Below are positions 62,120 through 64,000 of a stretch of DNA of 64,000 nucleotides, in pieces. Position 1 is the first letter of the stretch. Each line of letters begins with the position of its first letter. Source of the stretch: Octopus bimaculoides (taxonomy: Eukaryota); contig NC_068985.1 of NCBI RefSeq assembly GCF_001194135.2, positions 122,121,320 to 122,185,319 of the forward strand, in the 5' to 3' direction. The position numbers were made by a program, and so were the translations under genes. The notes beneath the pieces were generated by a model. The model was not told the origin of the DNA. It ran no database searches and saw only the letters and a program-made list of their open reading frames with translations.

Positions 62120-62207
62120 TAAGATGTTATCTTAGATATAGGCATAAGTCTGACATAAAACAGAAGATGTTAATCTTAGATTTAGGCATAAGTCCTACAT
62201 AAAACAA
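62120..62207 (+). repeat. Two-copy tandem duplication of about 43 bp
   Basis: AAGATGTTA(A)TCTTAGAT(A/T)TAGGCATAAGTC..ACATAAAACA occurs twice. Confidence 0.8.
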
Positions 62208-64000
62208 TGAAATTTCATGTACATCAATAAAAATTCTAATATCTTCAATTATCTTTAAGTATGTAGTCTAATCAGCAACATCATCATCATCGTTTAATGT
62301 CCGCTTTCCATGCTAGCATGGGTTGGACGATTTGACTGAGGACTGGTGAAACCAGATGGCTACGCCAGGCTCCAATCTGATTTGGCAGAGTTTCTACAGA
62401 TGGATGCCCTTCCTAACGCCAACCACTCAGAGAGTGTAGTGGGTGCTTTTTACGTGTCNNNNNNNNNNATCATCGTTTAATGTCCGCTTTCCATGCTAGC
62501 ATGGGTTGGACGATTTGACTGAGGACTGGTGAAACCAGATGGCTACGCCAGGCTCCAATCTGATTTGGCAGAGTTTCTACAGCTGGATGCCCTTCCTAAC
62601 GCCAACCACTCAGAGAGTGTAGTGGGTGCTTTTTACGTGTCACCCGCACGAAGGCCAGTCAGGCGGTACTGGCAACGGCCACGCTCAAAATGGCGCATTT
62701 TATGTGCCACCCGCACAAGAGCCAGTCCAGGGGCACTGGCAACGATCTCGCTCGAAAATCCCACAAAGGCCAGCCAGGCGGCACTGGCAACAGTCACGCT
62801 CAAAATGGTGCATTTCAAGAAATTCTAACATAACCTCAAAATAAAATCTCTTTCAACAGAACAGCAAATTAAGGTAATGAATCAGAAAATAATGGCTTTA
62901 AAGGAGAAGATCAGCTTCATATTCGAAGTAGAACAACCTACATGAATTATTTCAGTTTGGTACTTACTTTATCAATCTTTATTTGCTGAACCACTAAATT
63001 ATTGATCATAAAAGAACACAGCATAATAACGCTTCTATTGCCATCCCTCACATACTTTCACACTTATCTCATCACCCACCTTTTTGTCTACCTGTTAATG
63101 CCTATCACTTGCCTTGTCTCCAACTACCTCTACCTGTCCTTGCCTTCTTCCTATCAAATTTTTGTTCCTTCCGCCCTCCCACTCATTCTGGTTCTTCTGA
63201 CATTGTTCTCTCCTTTCTCTGCAATACTCCCACCCACCTAGTTACTGGTGCAAATATTTATGCCCTAATTTATCAAGTACACTTTGTACCTATTTTAACT
63301 TTCCCATTCCCACATTCCCAGCTCCTTAATAACCATTTTTGACCTTTCTGTTGTCATCGTTCTTTTTTGCAAATTTACATTTACTATATACAAGGATCGT
63401 ATTCCACCTACAGTTCACACCATAAAGTGGTTAACAAAATGAACAGAGAAAGTGTAGGGTTATGTGGTCCTTCTAGCCCTGTCTCATTAATAACTTTTCA
63501 ACCTCTCTAGTGTTGGTACTATGAGAGAATGCACCTCATACATTCTGTAAAGTGGTTGGCATTAAGAAGGGCATCCAGCCACAGAAACCAAGCCAAATGA
63601 CTTGCAAGTGTACCTAGACTTTTGGAACTGTAGATCCCAATGTGAGGCAACTTGGACCATGATGACCTGTCCAACTTAACCTAGCATTGAAAGCAGTTGT
63701 AAAATGAATTACAGCGTGATGTGCTGCTTGACTGGTCCCCCCTCTCTCTCTCTCTCTCTCTTTATATATATATATGATGATGATGATGATGATCTTTTCT
63801 CCCGCCATGCCTCTGTCTACCCCTCCATCCTCTCTCTCTCTTTCGTAGTTTTTCCTTAAGGTCTTCAGGTTCTGGCTATATATAAATGAGAAACCCATTC
63901 TAAATTATCTCGCTGTCATACTACGACGAAATCTCCAAGATGCAGATAAGATAGAGATTTTTTTATTTATTTACGGCCTCAAACATCTCATAATACCTTC

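Noticed and set aside
62278-62640. Near-identical 180-bp tandem duplication
   Set aside because: The copies sit on either side of a 10-N gap, typical of overlapping contig ends that were not merged.
1-64000. CRISPR array, operon or defence-island type system; spliceosomal snRNA, 5S or 7SL genes
   Set aside because: The DNA is eukaryotic with spliced genes. No repeat-spacer array was seen, and no recalled snRNA/5S/7SL start sequences were recognised by eye. An Rfam scan was not possible.

Overview
AT-rich, repeat-dense eukaryotic (metazoan) DNA with seven assembly gaps (N runs at about 815-1729, 7364-7920, 8891-9648, 34991-35193, 48881-49470, 54759-55420, 62459-62468). The SINE families and (TA)n/(CA)n density resemble octopod cephalopod genomes; this is inference and the species cannot be proven here. 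Three spliced protein-coding genes were rebuilt by hand from GT-AG boundaries and reading-frame phase, and the ORF track mostly misses them. (1) The 5' four coding exons of the meiotic recombinase DMC1 (minus strand; the rest lies outside the window or in a gap). (2) A complete SNU13/15.5K K-turn-binding protein gene (plus, 5 coding exons, 127 aa). (3) A complete coilin gene (plus, 8 coding exons, 792 aa). An intact tRNA-Asn(GTT) sits head-to-head about 200 bp upstream of the coilin ATG. Introns and intergenic DNA hold tRNA-derived SINEs, RTE, Tx1/L1 and R4/Dong LINE remnants, Tc1 and mariner elements, a Merlin transposase relic and several MITEs. The most unusual observations are: two different foldback MITEs with 8-bp TSDs that both carry telomeric (CCCTAA/TTAGGG) repeats at the hairpin centre; a coilin with no RG box but a large Lys/Glu-rich expansion; an A-rich splice acceptor; and a cluster of hairpins in coilin intron 1. 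There is no CRISPR array or prokaryotic-type system, and no new multi-gene system can be claimed with confidence. All alignments and homology calls were made by eye from recalled consensus sequences; no searches were run.
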